Assembly: GCA_965116905.1 (NCBI GenBank)
Contig: OZ220732.1
Coordinates: forward strand, 2,240,001-2,304,000
Direction: 5' to 3'
Source of the DNA: Longimicrobiales bacterium
GTDB taxonomy: Bacteria > Gemmatimonadota > Gemmatimonadetes > Longimicrobiales > Gaopeijiaceae
Length of the DNA stretch: 64,000 bases
Each line of letters opens with the position of its first letter. Within the stretch, counting starts at the first letter, position 1. Shown here piece by piece: positions 21,851 through 31,817 of the stretch. The position numbers and the translations under genes are program-made. The notes beneath the pieces were generated by a model. It saw nothing but the letters and a program-made list of their open reading frames with translations, was not told where the DNA came from and did not search any database.

Positions 21851-23491
21851 ATGTCGACTACGACTCGGAAAACCTCGACTCGGAAGACCTCGACTCCCAG
21901 GCCCCATTCCTCCAGCAGCACAGAGAACCTTACGCGCCGGGGATGGCTGGCCGCCACCGGGGCCGGCACGGCTGCCCTCATGCTGAAGCCGGACCACCTG
22001 CGGGCGCACCCGCATTCTGGTCCTTCGGCCGGATCCGGCATGACCCGCGATGCCCACCGGGCCACGGCTCAGGAGGCCACGGCCCAGGAGGCCACGGTCG
22101 TCTTCACCAACACCACCGTGGCGAACCCCGACATGGTGCGGGACGACGTGGCGCTCGCCGTGGAGGGCGACCGGATCGCCGCGATCGGGCCCACCGACGA
22201 GGTCCTCGCCGGGTACCCGAGGGCCGAGGTCTACGACGGACGCGGCAAGGCGCTGTTCCCGGGCCTGATCAACACGCACGCCCACATGCGCGCCGTGATC
22301 GCGCGCGGCTTCAACGAGGACTTCGGGTTTCCCAACACCGCGGGCCTGGCGATCTCGCCTGCAAGTCTCCTCGAGGGCGAAGAGGGCAACCTGATGGTGC
22401 AGGTTGCGGCGCTCGAAGCGATCCGGACCGGGACCACGACCATCGTCGAGTACACCGGCAACGTGCAGCGCCAGGCGGCGGTGCTTGCCGACTCGGGGCT
22501 GCGCTGCGTCCTGGCGGAAGGGATCCGCGACGCCGAGAACGTTCCCGGCCCGATGTCGACGCGGGCGATGGCGAGGGCGGTCAGCGAGACGCCCCGGTTC
22601 TCGGCCAGGCTGCGGGACGAGGGGATGCAGCGCATCAGCGACCTGCACAGCACCTGGCACGGCGCGCGCAACGGCCGCATCTCGGTGTTCCCGGCGGCCG
22701 CGCTCACCGAGACCTCGTCGCCCGAGTTGCTGCGGGCCGTGCGCGAGTTCGCCGAAACGCACGATCTCGGTTACACGATCCACATGAACCAGAGCCGCGC
22801 GGAGTACGAGTTCATGGTCATGCACCACGGCCTTCGTCCGGCGGCGTATCTCGACCGGCACGACTTCCTCGGGCCCCGCCTGTTCGCGGCCCACGCACGC
22901 TACGTCAACACCGAGGAGGTCGCGTTGCTGGGCAGGTCCGGCACCATTATCGCTCACCAGGCGGGGATGGCGGCGAACCGCGGCATCAGCCCGCCGATCC
23001 CGGAGCTGCGGGCGGCCGGCTGTCCCATCGCCCTCGGCACCGACAACAACACCAACGACGTCTTCGAGGTGATGCGCATCGCGATGCTGACCGAGCGAAT
23101 CCGCCGCAACCGGGATGGCGACGAGGTGCCGGGCCTGCAGCCTCAGCCGGAAGACGTGTTGGCGGACTGCACGCAGGGGGGTGCGCTGGCGGTCCAGCAG
23201 CCCGACGCCCTGGGCACGCTGGAGGTGGGGAAGAAGGCGGACCTGCTGGTGGTCGACACCCTGCGGGCCCACCTCGTTCCGGCGGGGCGCATTGTCTCGG
23301 CGCTGGTCCACAGCGGCCACCCCGGCGACATCGAGTCGGTCATGGTGGACGGCCGGTTCGTCATGCGTGACCGCGAGGTCCTCACCATGGACGAGGGCGC
23401 GATCATCCGGGAAGCGGACGCGGTGGGGAAGCGGATCTGGGGTCAGGTGCTGGAGGCGAGTCCGCTGACGGTGCCAAGGTTGCGGCGGTGA
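21851..23491 (+). CDS. Amidohydrolase (TRZ/ATZ-type deaminase-like) with Tat signal
   Basis: TRRGWLAA Tat motif; PGLINTHAH, GTTT, LGTDN, LEVGKKADL. Confidence 0.88.
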   Translation: MSTTTRKTSTRKTSTPRPHSSSSTENLTRRGWLAATGAGTAALMLKPDHLRAHPHSGPSAGSGMTRDAHRATAQEATAQEATVVFTNTTVANPDMVRDDVALAVEGDRIAAIGPTDEVLAGYPRAEVYDGRGKALFPGLINTHAHMRAVIARGFNEDFGFPNTAGLAISPASLLEGEEGNLMVQVAALEAIRTGTTTIVEYTGNVQRQAAVLADSGLRCVLAEGIRDAENVPGPMSTRAMARAVSETPRFSARLRDEGMQRISDLHSTWHGARNGRISVFPAAALTETSSPELLRAVREFAETHDLGYTIHMNQSRAEYEFMVMHHGLRPAAYLDRHDFLGPRLFAAHARYVNTEEVALLGRSGTIIAHQAGMAANRGISPPIPELRAAGCPIALGTDNNTNDVFEVMRIAMLTERIRRNRDGDEVPGLQPQPEDVLADCTQGGALAVQQPDALGTLEVGKKADLLVVDTLRAHLVPAGRIVSALVHSGHPGDIESVMVDGRFVMRDREVLTMDEGAIIREADAVGKRIWGQVLEASPLTVPRLRR

Positions 23492-23511
23492 GGGTGGCCT
23501 CACGGCCGCAA

Positions 23512-23622
23512 GATACTTGACAGAATGGTTTAGTATTTGCTGTCAAATCCCGACAATGGTAAACAAAGTTGTTTAGTGTCGGCCGCTGGGGCATCAATTG
23601 CTAAACAAGGTTGTTTAGTGTT
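23512..23622. repeat. Three tandem 26-bp dyad elements, copies 4-6 (23512, 23555, 23597)
   Basis: GATACTTGAC-AGAATG-GTTTAGTATT; AATGGTAAAC-AAAGTT-GTTTAGTGTC; ATTGCTAAAC-AAGGTT-GTTTAGTGTT; periods 43 and 42 bp. Confidence 0.85.
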
Positions 23623-23710
23623 TCGGTCACTCCTTGCGCTCCCAGGACTACGAAGATTATCGTAGATAACCATTCGAGTTACCTGAAGCCCACTCGGAGG
23701 TGTGACAGCC

Positions 23711-24958
23711 ATGCGAAGGAATCTGCGACCACTCGCCATCGGGGGAATGTGGATCGCCGGAGCGCTTGCTACAGCTCCAGCAGCCACCAGCCTCCGCGCC
23801 CAGGAGATCGTCGATCTGCCCGGGGAAGACCTTCCGCTCTCGACCGACTTCGAGTCGGTGTACCGTCTCGGATCGGCCCAGGCGGCGGCCGAATGGGAGG
23901 AGTTCACTGCCATACGGGGCATTGGTTTCGACGGGGCGGGGAACCTGTACCTGCTGGATGGTGCGGGCTCCGATGGTGGCAGGCGAGTCGTTGTCGTTGA
24001 CGCTTCCGGGCGCCATATCCGGGACTTCGGCCGCGTTGGTGATGGCCCCGGCGAGTTCCAGATGGCAACGCACCTCATGGTGTGGGCGGACGGACGCAGT
24101 TCCGTCAGCGACAGGCTGAGGGGGTATCACGTCTTCAGTCCTGACGGCCAGTTGGAGCACACGGCGCAGGAAAGCGGCGGATTCATGGTTATGACGCGCA
24201 CGGGACTGCGACCGGAACGGACGGGATCCCGGACCGCGCTGGTCCGTGACGAACGCTCGATCCTCCGCGTGGACCTGTCTTCGGCCGAGGTTGGCGGCGG
24301 AGTGCTTGTGCAGGGCTGGGAGCCGCGCGAGCGGACCGAGCTTCCTCCGGTCTTTGACTTGGAGCAAGCGCTCGAAACGGTTGGTGAGGAATGGGGGTTC
24401 GAACCGGAGGTGTTGTTCGATGCGAAACCGGAGGGCGGCGTCGCGTTCTCCGATTCGTCGGCCTACGCCATCAAGCTCACGGATGCGTCCGGCGCGATCT
24501 CGCGCATCCTTCGTCGGCCCATATGGCCCTTGCCCGTGACGGAGCGGATGCAACGCGCGGAGCGTGAACGCCGACTCGAACAGGAGAGCAATCGGCAGCT
24601 TACGGGGCCGGAGGGCGATCCACCCCCGCAGGTCCTGGAGATGATCAACCGCTACCAGGAGGCCCAACGCGCGGGCGTCGAGAACATGCGGTTCCATGCG
24701 GAAGTGCCGGTGGTCACGGCCGTGCGCGTCACCTGGGACGGAAGCCTGTGGGTCGAGCGGAGCATGGAGCCGGGTACGAGTGGACCGGGTCCGATCGACG
24801 TGCTGGCGCCGGACGGCCGCTACGTGGGGACGTTTCCCGCGGGGCAGCTCGAAATGCCGGACGCTTTCGGTCCCGACGGGCTGGCTGCGTTCGTCGAAAC
24901 GGACGAGTTCGATGTGCCGGTGATCACGGTCAGGCGATTGCCGCGCGAGGTCCGGTAG
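23711..24958 (+). CDS. 6-bladed beta-propeller protein, secreted
   Basis: Signal peptide; [45 protein letters not shown]. Confidence 0.87.
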   Translation: MRRNLRPLAIGGMWIAGALATAPAATSLRAQEIVDLPGEDLPLSTDFESVYRLGSAQAAAEWEEFTAIRGIGFDGAGNLYLLDGAGSDGGRRVVVVDASGRHIRDFGRVGDGPGEFQMATHLMVWADGRSSVSDRLRGYHVFSPDGQLEHTAQESGGFMVMTRTGLRPERTGSRTALVRDERSILRVDLSSAEVGGGVLVQGWEPRERTELPPVFDLEQALETVGEEWGFEPEVLFDAKPEGGVAFSDSSAYAIKLTDASGAISRILRRPIWPLPVTERMQRAERERRLEQESNRQLTGPEGDPPPQVLEMINRYQEAQRAGVENMRFHAEVPVVTAVRVTWDGSLWVERSMEPGTSGPGPIDVLAPDGRYVGTFPAGQLEMPDAFGPDGLAAFVETDEFDVPVITVRRLPREVR

Positions 24959-24964
24959 CCTGAC

Positions 24965-25852
24965 TCACTGATTCCGCGGCCGGCCGGACGCGAGCAGCAC
25001 CCCCGCCAGCCCCAGGCTGATCCAGAACGCGGACGATGCCAGCCACATGTTGGCGGTGGGTAGGAGCGTCCAGTGCTTGGCCCAACCGTTCGGGAGCTCC
25101 ACCCATTGCGAGAAGAGCGCGTCGCCACCGATCTGCCAGGTCATGAAATTGGCGGCCTGGTCAATCCGCCCGATATCCCAGATGTCGCCGGCGCTCACCA
25201 CCAGCATGCTCGCGAGCCACAGCCCGGCGGCCCAGAACACTGGACGCGACGTGGCGAGCATCAGGGTGCTGGCAAGCAGGTAGGCGGCAGTCGCCGAGGT
25301 GAACAGACGTGCCCACTCCCACCACGGAGTGGTCCAGCTCACCCCTTCCACGGCACCGGGCGTGCCCGCAGTGGCTCCCGTCGGGTCGAGGACAAGCAGG
25401 CGAACCTCGTCGACGCCCAGGGAACCGCCGCTCGCCACCGTCGTGAGTGTGGCCCAAGCGAGAGCCGCACCCACGATCGCCATGAGCCAGACCCACCCGG
25501 CAGCAACCTTGAGGAGTGCGTGCCTGCGGTGGTCCACAGGCATTGACCACAACGCAGAGTCACCGAAGCGGAACTCGCCCTTCCACACCACGAGCGGAAG
25601 GAGCAGAGCGGCGACCGCAGGCAGGAAGACCCATGGGGATTCCGCGGGATCGAAGACAAGTTCAGCCATCTCGTCATTGACCAATGCCTGCAGCACCGGC
25701 ACCCTGGCGAAGGCGATCAGCGCCAGCGAGCCAAGCGCCAGCACCAGACCCGCCAACGCAGCCTCGCGGCGAATCGCCAGCCCGACCGCGCGAAGCTGCT
25801 CCATCCACACCGCCCTCATCGCCGGCATGCGGCCGATCGTCGAGTCCGTCAT
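24965..25852 (-). CDS. ABC transporter permease-like membrane protein
   Basis: Multiple hydrophobic segments; LWSMPV motif; overlaps the ATPase gene. Confidence 0.75.
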   Translation of the reverse strand: MTDSTIGRMPAMRAVWMEQLRAVGLAIRREAALAGLVLALGSLALIAFARVPVLQALVNDEMAELVFDPAESPWVFLPAVAALLLPLVVWKGEFRFGDSALWSMPVDHRRHALLKVAAGWVWLMAIVGAALAWATLTTVASGGSLGVDEVRLLVLDPTGATAGTPGAVEGVSWTTPWWEWARLFTSATAAYLLASTLMLATSRPVFWAAGLWLASMLVVSAGDIWDIGRIDQAANFMTWQIGGDALFSQWVELPNGWAKHWTLLPTANMWLASSAFWISLGLAGVLLASGRPRNQ

Positions 25853-26796
25853 GATACCTTCCTTCCCGTTTCCGAGAGCAGTGCCACGGCCGCTTCGTCC
25901 ACCGACAGCGGCGCGACCTCCCGCACCTCCGCGCCAGCCTCCGACAGGCCGCGCGTAACAGCCTCGCGATCCCCCCACACCGTCCATTCGATCGCGCGGG
26001 CCGCACCGCTGCGCTTGACGACCCGTCCCCCCAGCTCGCTAGGCCCGCTCCAGCCCTCGGGAACGTCCGCCCAGTAGCGCAGCAGGCTCCCGCGCAGTTC
26101 GTCGCGCGGCAGTTGTCCCAGGAGCCGTCCTTCCGACAGCACGCCCACATGATCCACCAGGGGCTCCACCTCATAGACCCGGTGTGTCGAGATCAGAACG
26201 GTGGTCGGGCAGTCGGCGAGGTGCTCGCTCAGGATGCTCAGGGTCTCGTCGCGCACCACGTGATCCAGTCCGTCGGTCGGTTCGTCCAGCAGGAGCAGCG
26301 GCGGCCTGTGCGCCAGCGCCACGGCGAGCTGCACACGTCGGCTCTGGCCTTTCGACAACGTGTGGCACTTCCGTGCGGGATCGATCTCGTACCTATTCCC
26401 CAGCTCGCGAGCGTACTCCGCGTCCCAGGACGGATGATAGACCGCCTGGTGCTCCAGCCACCGGCCCACCGTCATCCAGGCGTAGCCAGCCCGGTAGTCC
26501 TCCGGCACGTAGCCGATGTCGGCGCGGACTTCGGCACCCCGGTCGGCCGGATCCCGTCCCAGGACGCTGACCGCTCCGGCCTGGTAGCGCACGAGACCCA
26601 TGAGGGTCTGGATCAGCGTACTCTTACCCGCACCGTTGGGTCCCACGAGCACATATACGGCTCCTTCCGGCACCTGCAGATCCAGGCCGTCCAGAGCCCG
26701 CACGGCGCCGAACCGCTTGGCCAGCCTTCGTGTCGTGACCGCGAATGGGCCACTGCCGAGATCGATCGGCAGCGCCGCCGTGGCGTCATTCGTCAT
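25849..26796 (-). CDS. ABC transporter ATP-binding protein
   Basis: GPNGAGKS, LSKGQ, LLLLDEPT, ISTH. Confidence 0.95.
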   Translation of the reverse strand: MTNDATAALPIDLGSGPFAVTTRRLAKRFGAVRALDGLDLQVPEGAVYVLVGPNGAGKSTLIQTLMGLVRYQAGAVSVLGRDPADRGAEVRADIGYVPEDYRAGYAWMTVGRWLEHQAVYHPSWDAEYARELGNRYEIDPARKCHTLSKGQSRRVQLAVALAHRPPLLLLDEPTDGLDHVVRDETLSILSEHLADCPTTVLISTHRVYEVEPLVDHVGVLSEGRLLGQLPRDELRGSLLRYWADVPEGWSGPSELGGRVVKRSGAARAIEWTVWGDREAVTRGLSEAGAEVREVAPLSVDEAAVALLSETGRKVS

Positions 26797-27197
26797 TGTC
26801 CGCCCCCCTTGCTTCCGTCTCTGTGAGGATCTCCGCCTTCCACCTCCCGCAACGCCGCCATCAGATCGGCCAGCGCGAGCCCATTCCGCGAGGCATCGGC
26901 CAGGGCCCGCCTCGCCACCTCCCTCGCAAGCCGCGGCCGCTCCGTCTCTGCCGGCCGCACCCCCGGCGCCACGAACGTGCCCTTCCCGTGCCGGACCAGA
27001 ACCACGCCGTCGCGCTCGAGCGCCGCGTACGCCTGCGACACGGTCCGGGGATTCACGCGGAGACTCGAGGAGAGCTCGCGCACCGATGGCAGCGGGTCCT
27101 CGGGACGAAGAGTTCCCCGAACGAGACCGCTGCGCACCGCGTCCATGATCTGGACGTACAGCGGCCGGCCGTCGGCGTGGCTGAGTCGGATCTTCAT
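26793..27197 (-). CDS. GntR family regulator, YtrA subfamily
   Basis: PLYVQI..LPSVRELS..L.VNPRTV..AY..LE..G...GKGTFV; short C-terminus; heads the ABC operon. Confidence 0.93.
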   Translation of the reverse strand: MKIRLSHADGRPLYVQIMDAVRSGLVRGTLRPEDPLPSVRELSSSLRVNPRTVSQAYAALERDGVVLVRHGKGTFVAPGVRPAETERPRLAREVARRALADASRNGLALADLMAALREVEGGDPHRDGSKGGGQ

Positions 27198-27206
27198 AGT
27201 GCCTCA

Positions 27207-27264
27207 ACTGTTGCAGTCATATACTACAGATACAACAGTATGAGGTGGGGGTGGGGGGTGTCAA
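27207..27264 (-). promoter_or_regulatory. Sigma70-type promoter (TTGACA-N16-CATACT) overlapping an inverted-repeat operator
   Basis: -35 at 27264-27259 and -10 at 27242-27237 on the minus strand; arms ACTGTTG 27207-27213 and CAACAGT 27233-27239. Confidence 0.65.
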
Positions 27265-27530
27265 GGGGAGGTGCTGATTTGCCGTCGCCCGGGGCAAACT
27301 CCCGCAGTTCGGCAGCGTTGAGGCGCTTCTAGTCGATCTGCAGGTGGAGGATTGAGGGGCCGGTCGCTTCAGGCGCAATTCCCCAATGCTGAACACGCGC
27401 CTGACAGGGCATACTCCTCCGACTGGCTGCTGACACAGGGAGTCGGCGCTTGAAACCCCATCCGAAACTACCGAACTTGGGGGCTAGCATGATGCGACAA
27501 AGGAGAGGCAAAACGGAGAGGAACGTCGCC

Positions 27531-27896
27531 ATGTCTGAGCAGCGCGGGCGGTCGGTGATTGGGGTGGTCGCGGAGCCCGAACGGCTTGCGGCCCGGATCG
27601 GTGTGCCGATGAGCGCCATAGAAGCGTTCTGCGACCGTTGGCAGCTGGGAGAACTGTCGCTTTTCGGTTCCGTACTACGCGACGACTTCGGGCCGCACAG
27701 CGACATCGACGTGCTAATCCGTTTCAGGTCGAAACGGACACCTGGCCTGTTCGGCATGGCCGGGATGGAGAGGGAACTGGCCGATCTGTTCGCGCGCAGG
27801 GTCGATCTCGTGAGCCGAACCGCCATTGAGGGGAGCCGCAACTACATACGCCGGAAGGCAATCCTGGAGAGCGCTCAGGTCGTCTATGCCCCGTGA
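27531..27896 (+). CDS. Minimal nucleotidyltransferase (MNT/MntA antitoxin)
   Basis: LFGSVLRDDFGPHSDIDVL; ELADLF.RRVDLV; IRRKAILESAQVVY. Confidence 0.92.
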   Translation: MSEQRGRSVIGVVAEPERLAARIGVPMSAIEAFCDRWQLGELSLFGSVLRDDFGPHSDIDVLIRFRSKRTPGLFGMAGMERELADLFARRVDLVSRTAIEGSRNYIRRKAILESAQVVYAP

Positions 27897-27927
27897 GGAC
27901 TCAGCGTATCTAAACAAAGTCGTTTAG
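27886..27927 (+). pseudogene. Truncated HepT/DUF86 toxin start (MPREDSAYL...)
   Basis: ATG overlaps the MNT 3' end as in MNT-HEPN pairs; runs into dyad copy 7 and stops at a TAG within it. Confidence 0.7.
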
Positions 27928-27983
27928 TATCCACCGCTAGCCCCCCCACCCCCCATCAACACTAAACAAGTTGGTTTAGCGTT
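27906..27983. repeat. Two 26-bp dyad elements, copies 7-8 (27906, 27958), flanking a C-rich tract
   Basis: GTATCTAAAC-AAAGTC-GTTTAGTATC; AACACTAAAC-AAGTTG-GTTTAGCGTT; 52-bp period; between convergent genes. Confidence 0.85.
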
Positions 27984-30225
27984 CGCCCCCGCCCTCCGAC
28001 ACCACCGCCGGCCCTTCGCCCGCTTCCAGCGTCTCCAGCACCTGCCGCCACTCGAACTTCTCGCCGATTCCGCGCACGTAGTAGTCCATCCACGCCATCT
28101 CGCTCACGGCCTTGACCAGCCGATTCCGCGGATCCGGAATCCCGTGGCTGCGCCCCGGATACATGAACAGCTCGGTCGGCACGCCCAGCTTCTTGAGCGC
28201 CATGTGCAGCTCGACCGACTGCGGGCTTGGCACGCGCGGATCGCCCTCCACGACGTGGATCATGGTCGGGGTCTTCGCGTTCTTGATGTACTTGAGCGGC
28301 GACTGGTCGAAGTACGTGTCGAAGTCCTCGTACAGGAAGCCGTCGCCCACGTAGAACTGGCGGTTCCGCTGCACGTCGCTCTGCGCGTACATGCTGATCC
28401 AGTTCATCGTCCCCGCGCCCGAGCTGATCGCCTTGAAGCGGTCGGTCTGCGTCAGAATCCAGTTGGACCAGTGGCCGCCGGCGCTCCAGCCCAGCGCACC
28501 CATCCGGTCCCCGTCCACAATCCCCTCGTCGATCAGGTAATCCACGCCGGTGATGATGTCCTCATAGCCCATCGTGAAGTAGTCCCCCACGATGTCCGTG
28601 CGATGCGCGTTTCCGTAGTTCCGCGAGCCTCGGTAGTTGGGTTTGAGAACGGCGTATCCCGCGCCGGCGTAGACCTGGGCGCTGTAGCCGCCATTGAAGC
28701 GCAGGATGTCGGCTGACGCAGGTCCGCCGTGGATCGCGACAATAAGCGGATAGCGCGTCCCCTCCTCATAGCCGACAGGGTAGACCAGCACCCCACCCAC
28801 CGTCCTCCCGTCGGAAGAGCGCCAGTTGATCTCGACTTCCTGGCCGAGCGCGATGTCGCGCACGTGCGGATTGACGTCCACGAGCCGGGTCCACGCGGAG
28901 CGGTTCGCGACGTCGTCCACGCTGGCCACGGTGAACACGGTCGGCGGGGTCATCGGGTCGCTGTAGCCGATCAGGATCGTGCCGGTGTCATCGTCGCGCG
29001 ACACGGACAGCGCGGCCCGCTCCTCGGTGAGCTGCCGGACCGCGCCCGTCTCCACGTCGAGCGCGTGGAGCTGCGTGGTGACGGTCACGCCCGCGTTGAA
29101 GTAGATCGTCCCGGAGTCGTCCGACCAGAACCCGACGCTGGAACTCTGGTCGAAGTCGGACCCCAGCTTGCGGAACGCGCCCCCGCGGTCGGCGACCTCG
29201 CGGATGTACACGCGGTTATCGGTCATGGTGTAGCGTTCCATGTTGTCCGGCGCCGAAAACGCGATCCAGCGGCCGTCGGGCGAGAAGCTCAGCCCGCCCT
29301 CGCCGACCTCGTAGTTGTTCGTGAGGCGCTCGATCTCGCCGGTCGCGATCTCCATCAGGTACAGGTCGGCGTACAGGCGCTGCGCGGTAATGTTGCGCTC
29401 GTAGCGCTCGGTCGAGCCGCCGGTGATGCCGATCCAGCGGCCGTCGTCGGAGAGCACGAAGCTGTTGATGCTGTACGCCGGGTCGTCGGTCTCGCGGCGC
29501 TCTTCGGCCGTCGCCACCTCCACGCTCCACAGGCTCGACAGGGGGGTGACCGCGTTGCGCACGTCGACGGTGAACCCCTGCTCGACCCGCTTGACCTCGT
29601 CTTCGTCGAACGAGTCGGGGCGCGCGAAGTAGATCCGGGCGCCGTCGGGGGTGAAGTCCCACTGCTCGACGCCGGCCTCGCCATCGGTGAGCTGCTCGGG
29701 CGCAGCGCCCGCAAGGTCGCGGGCCGGCAGGCGGTAGAGCTGTTCCCGGCCGTTCTTGCCCGAGCGGTAGACCAGCCAGCGCCCGCGCGGACTGAACGCG
29801 AATCCCGACACGCCTTCGCTCGCGTCGGTGACCTTCCGGGCCTCGCCGCCGTCGTGGCGCATCATGTAGAGCTGGGTCTCGTCGCCGTCGCGATTCGACG
29901 CGAAGACGAAGAAGGACCCGTTCGGAGACCAGGTCGGGCTCGTCTCGTTCCTGTCCTCGGTGTAGGTCAGCCGCCGATCCGACGCCACTCCGTCCGCGAG
30001 CGACACCAGGTGGATGTCGGTCTGGGACTCCGCCTTTTCCCAGTCGGGCGTCGTGACGGTGTAGAGCATCAGCGTCCCGTCCGGGCTCGGTGTCCACGAA
30101 CCCGCACGCTTCAGCTCCTGCACGTCCATGAAGGAGAGCGGGCGCTCCTGCGCGGCGAGCTGCGGGTTGAATGGCGCCCAGAGCGCCGCGGCGGAAACGG
30201 TGAGGGCCAGGGAAAGGGAACGCAT
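27976..30225 (-). CDS. S9 family peptidase (acylaminoacyl-peptidase-like), secreted
   Basis: PD40-like repeats (WSPNG, FSPDG), IHGGP, PNYRGS, GWSAGG, DPRVP, SHG; stop lies inside dyad copy 8. Confidence 0.93.
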   Translation of the reverse strand: MRSLSLALTVSAAALWAPFNPQLAAQERPLSFMDVQELKRAGSWTPSPDGTLMLYTVTTPDWEKAESQTDIHLVSLADGVASDRRLTYTEDRNETSPTWSPNGSFFVFASNRDGDETQLYMMRHDGGEARKVTDASEGVSGFAFSPRGRWLVYRSGKNGREQLYRLPARDLAGAAPEQLTDGEAGVEQWDFTPDGARIYFARPDSFDEDEVKRVEQGFTVDVRNAVTPLSSLWSVEVATAEERRETDDPAYSINSFVLSDDGRWIGITGGSTERYERNITAQRLYADLYLMEIATGEIERLTNNYEVGEGGLSFSPDGRWIAFSAPDNMERYTMTDNRVYIREVADRGGAFRKLGSDFDQSSSVGFWSDDSGTIYFNAGVTVTTQLHALDVETGAVRQLTEERAALSVSRDDDTGTILIGYSDPMTPPTVFTVASVDDVANRSAWTRLVDVNPHVRDIALGQEVEINWRSSDGRTVGGVLVYPVGYEEGTRYPLIVAIHGGPASADILRFNGGYSAQVYAGAGYAVLKPNYRGSRNYGNAHRTDIVGDYFTMGYEDIITGVDYLIDEGIVDGDRMGALGWSAGGHWSNWILTQTDRFKAISSGAGTMNWISMYAQSDVQRNRQFYVGDGFLYEDFDTYFDQSPLKYIKNAKTPTMIHVVEGDPRVPSPQSVELHMALKKLGVPTELFMYPGRSHGIPDPRNRLVKAVSEMAWMDYYVRGIGEKFEWRQVLETLEAGEGPAVVSEGGGER

Positions 30226-30434
30226 GGTGAACCTCGCTGCTGTTCGGTGGGTGGTCGACCGGTATGCCTTATGATACGCGCGGAGGTGGTGGGGGGCGAG
30301 GAGGGGGGGCGAGGAGGGCGTGGGGGCGGTGTACGCATCGGTCCGGCACAACCTGGACCCAGCTGGCGATGTCTAGAATACTGTAGAGCCGCGCGAGCGA
30401 TTCGCCGGACCCTGTCCCAGCAAAGGTCATCATC

Positions 30435-31748
30435 ATGACAATCCTGCCATGGCGCTCCCGTACGCCCCGTCCGGGTCGACGCGCTGCGACCCGGGCCACC
30501 CATGGCTTCGTTCTGGCGGCGGTATTGCTCCCCCTCGCTTGCGGGCCGATCTCGGACTCGCCTGACGCGGCCGGAGCCGTTGTCGAGACCGAGACCTTCG
30601 GCGACACGACGGTGGTCAGTACCGTGAGCGGAAGCGCCTGGGGCGGAGATGCCACACTCGTGCCCGAGACCTCGATCGGCGAAATGGAGGGGCCGGAGGA
30701 GTACCTCTTCGGTTCCGTGCGCGCGATTGCCGTCGACGATGACCACAACGTGTACGTGCTGGACGGACAGGCCCGGGACGTGCGCGTCTTCGATTCGGCC
30801 GGCACGCACGTCAATACGTTCGGCAGGCGAGGGGAGGGGCCGGGTGAGTTCCAGGTGCCGATCGGTGTCGCCGTTTCCAACGGCCGCGTTATGGTCAGGG
30901 ATCCGGCGAACGCGCGCGTGCAGCTTTTCCACCTGGAGACGTGGGAGGCCGAGGAATGGCGGTACGGACCAAGCGACATTTACATGAATACCCCGCTCTA
31001 CACGGATGACTTCGGCCGGATCTATGTGGACATCTCCTCCAATGAAGAGATTCGCTTCATCGTCATGGGGCCCGACGGCACGCACCTCGATACGATTTCG
31101 GCGCCTGAAGCCCCTGCCGACTTCGACGACGACAGGTACAGCATGAGAGTCGAGGCCGAGAGCGGGGACGAGTGGATCTCCGTCGGCGCGACCGTTCCGT
31201 TCAGCCCGGATTGGTACTGGACGGTCCACCCTTCCGGCCACTTCCTGTCGGCTCTGTCCACAGCGTACCGAATCGACCTTGAGCGGGACGTCGGTGTGTT
31301 GCGCATTCAGAGGAATCACACACCGGTGGCGGTGTTGGACGACGAACGCGAGCGCCATGAGCAGAGGATTCTGAGCAGGATGCGCCGGTTCGATGCGGGC
31401 TGGAGCTGGGACGGTCCCGCCATACCGGATCACAAGCCGCCATTCAGGGGCCTGCGCGCAGGACGCGATGGCCGTATCTGGGTGAGGCTCTGGACCGAGG
31501 CGCAACGGGTCCCGAACGAGGATCACGACCCGACCGATCCCGAGTCCGCCGCATTCACATGGGTCGAGCCGCTCCGGTACGACGTGTTCGAAGCCGACGG
31601 AACCTACCTGGGGGCTGTGGTGCCGCCCGAAGGATTCGGCTCTTCGCCTCCGCCGGTGTTTGGTCGCTCGTTTGTGTGGGCTGTCGAGCGCGATGATCTG
31701 GGGGTGGAGCGAGTGCGTCGCTACAGGCTCGCGCTGCCCGCCTCCTGA
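30435..31748 (+). CDS. 6-bladed beta-propeller lipoprotein
   Basis: PLAC lipobox; GRRGEGPGEF; GRIWV; YDVFEADGTYLG; DDLGVERV. Confidence 0.87.
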   Translation: MTILPWRSRTPRPGRRAATRATHGFVLAAVLLPLACGPISDSPDAAGAVVETETFGDTTVVSTVSGSAWGGDATLVPETSIGEMEGPEEYLFGSVRAIAVDDDHNVYVLDGQARDVRVFDSAGTHVNTFGRRGEGPGEFQVPIGVAVSNGRVMVRDPANARVQLFHLETWEAEEWRYGPSDIYMNTPLYTDDFGRIYVDISSNEEIRFIVMGPDGTHLDTISAPEAPADFDDDRYSMRVEAESGDEWISVGATVPFSPDWYWTVHPSGHFLSALSTAYRIDLERDVGVLRIQRNHTPVAVLDDERERHEQRILSRMRRFDAGWSWDGPAIPDHKPPFRGLRAGRDGRIWVRLWTEAQRVPNEDHDPTDPESAAFTWVEPLRYDVFEADGTYLGAVVPPEGFGSSPPPVFGRSFVWAVERDDLGVERVRRYRLALPAS

Positions 31749-31817
31749 AGCGATGGGCCGGACCTGCACCTGCGCCCGAGGCTGCACCCGAGGCCCCGAC
31801 ACCAGGACGAGCCGCCG

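Noticed and set aside
23512..23622. Mini CRISPR array
   Set aside because: Only three degenerate units, 16-17 bp linkers, variable repeat centres and no cas genes in the window.
27270..27420. Minus-strand RBS-led ORF MPCQARVQHWG... with in-frame continuation past a TAG
   Set aside because: No recognisable family; cannot be supported as a pseudogene without a search.
30280..30332. G-run tracts as G-quadruplex or phase-variation elements (also near 27243, 27940, 56705)
   Set aside because: Expected at this GC content; no supporting evidence in the sequence alone.
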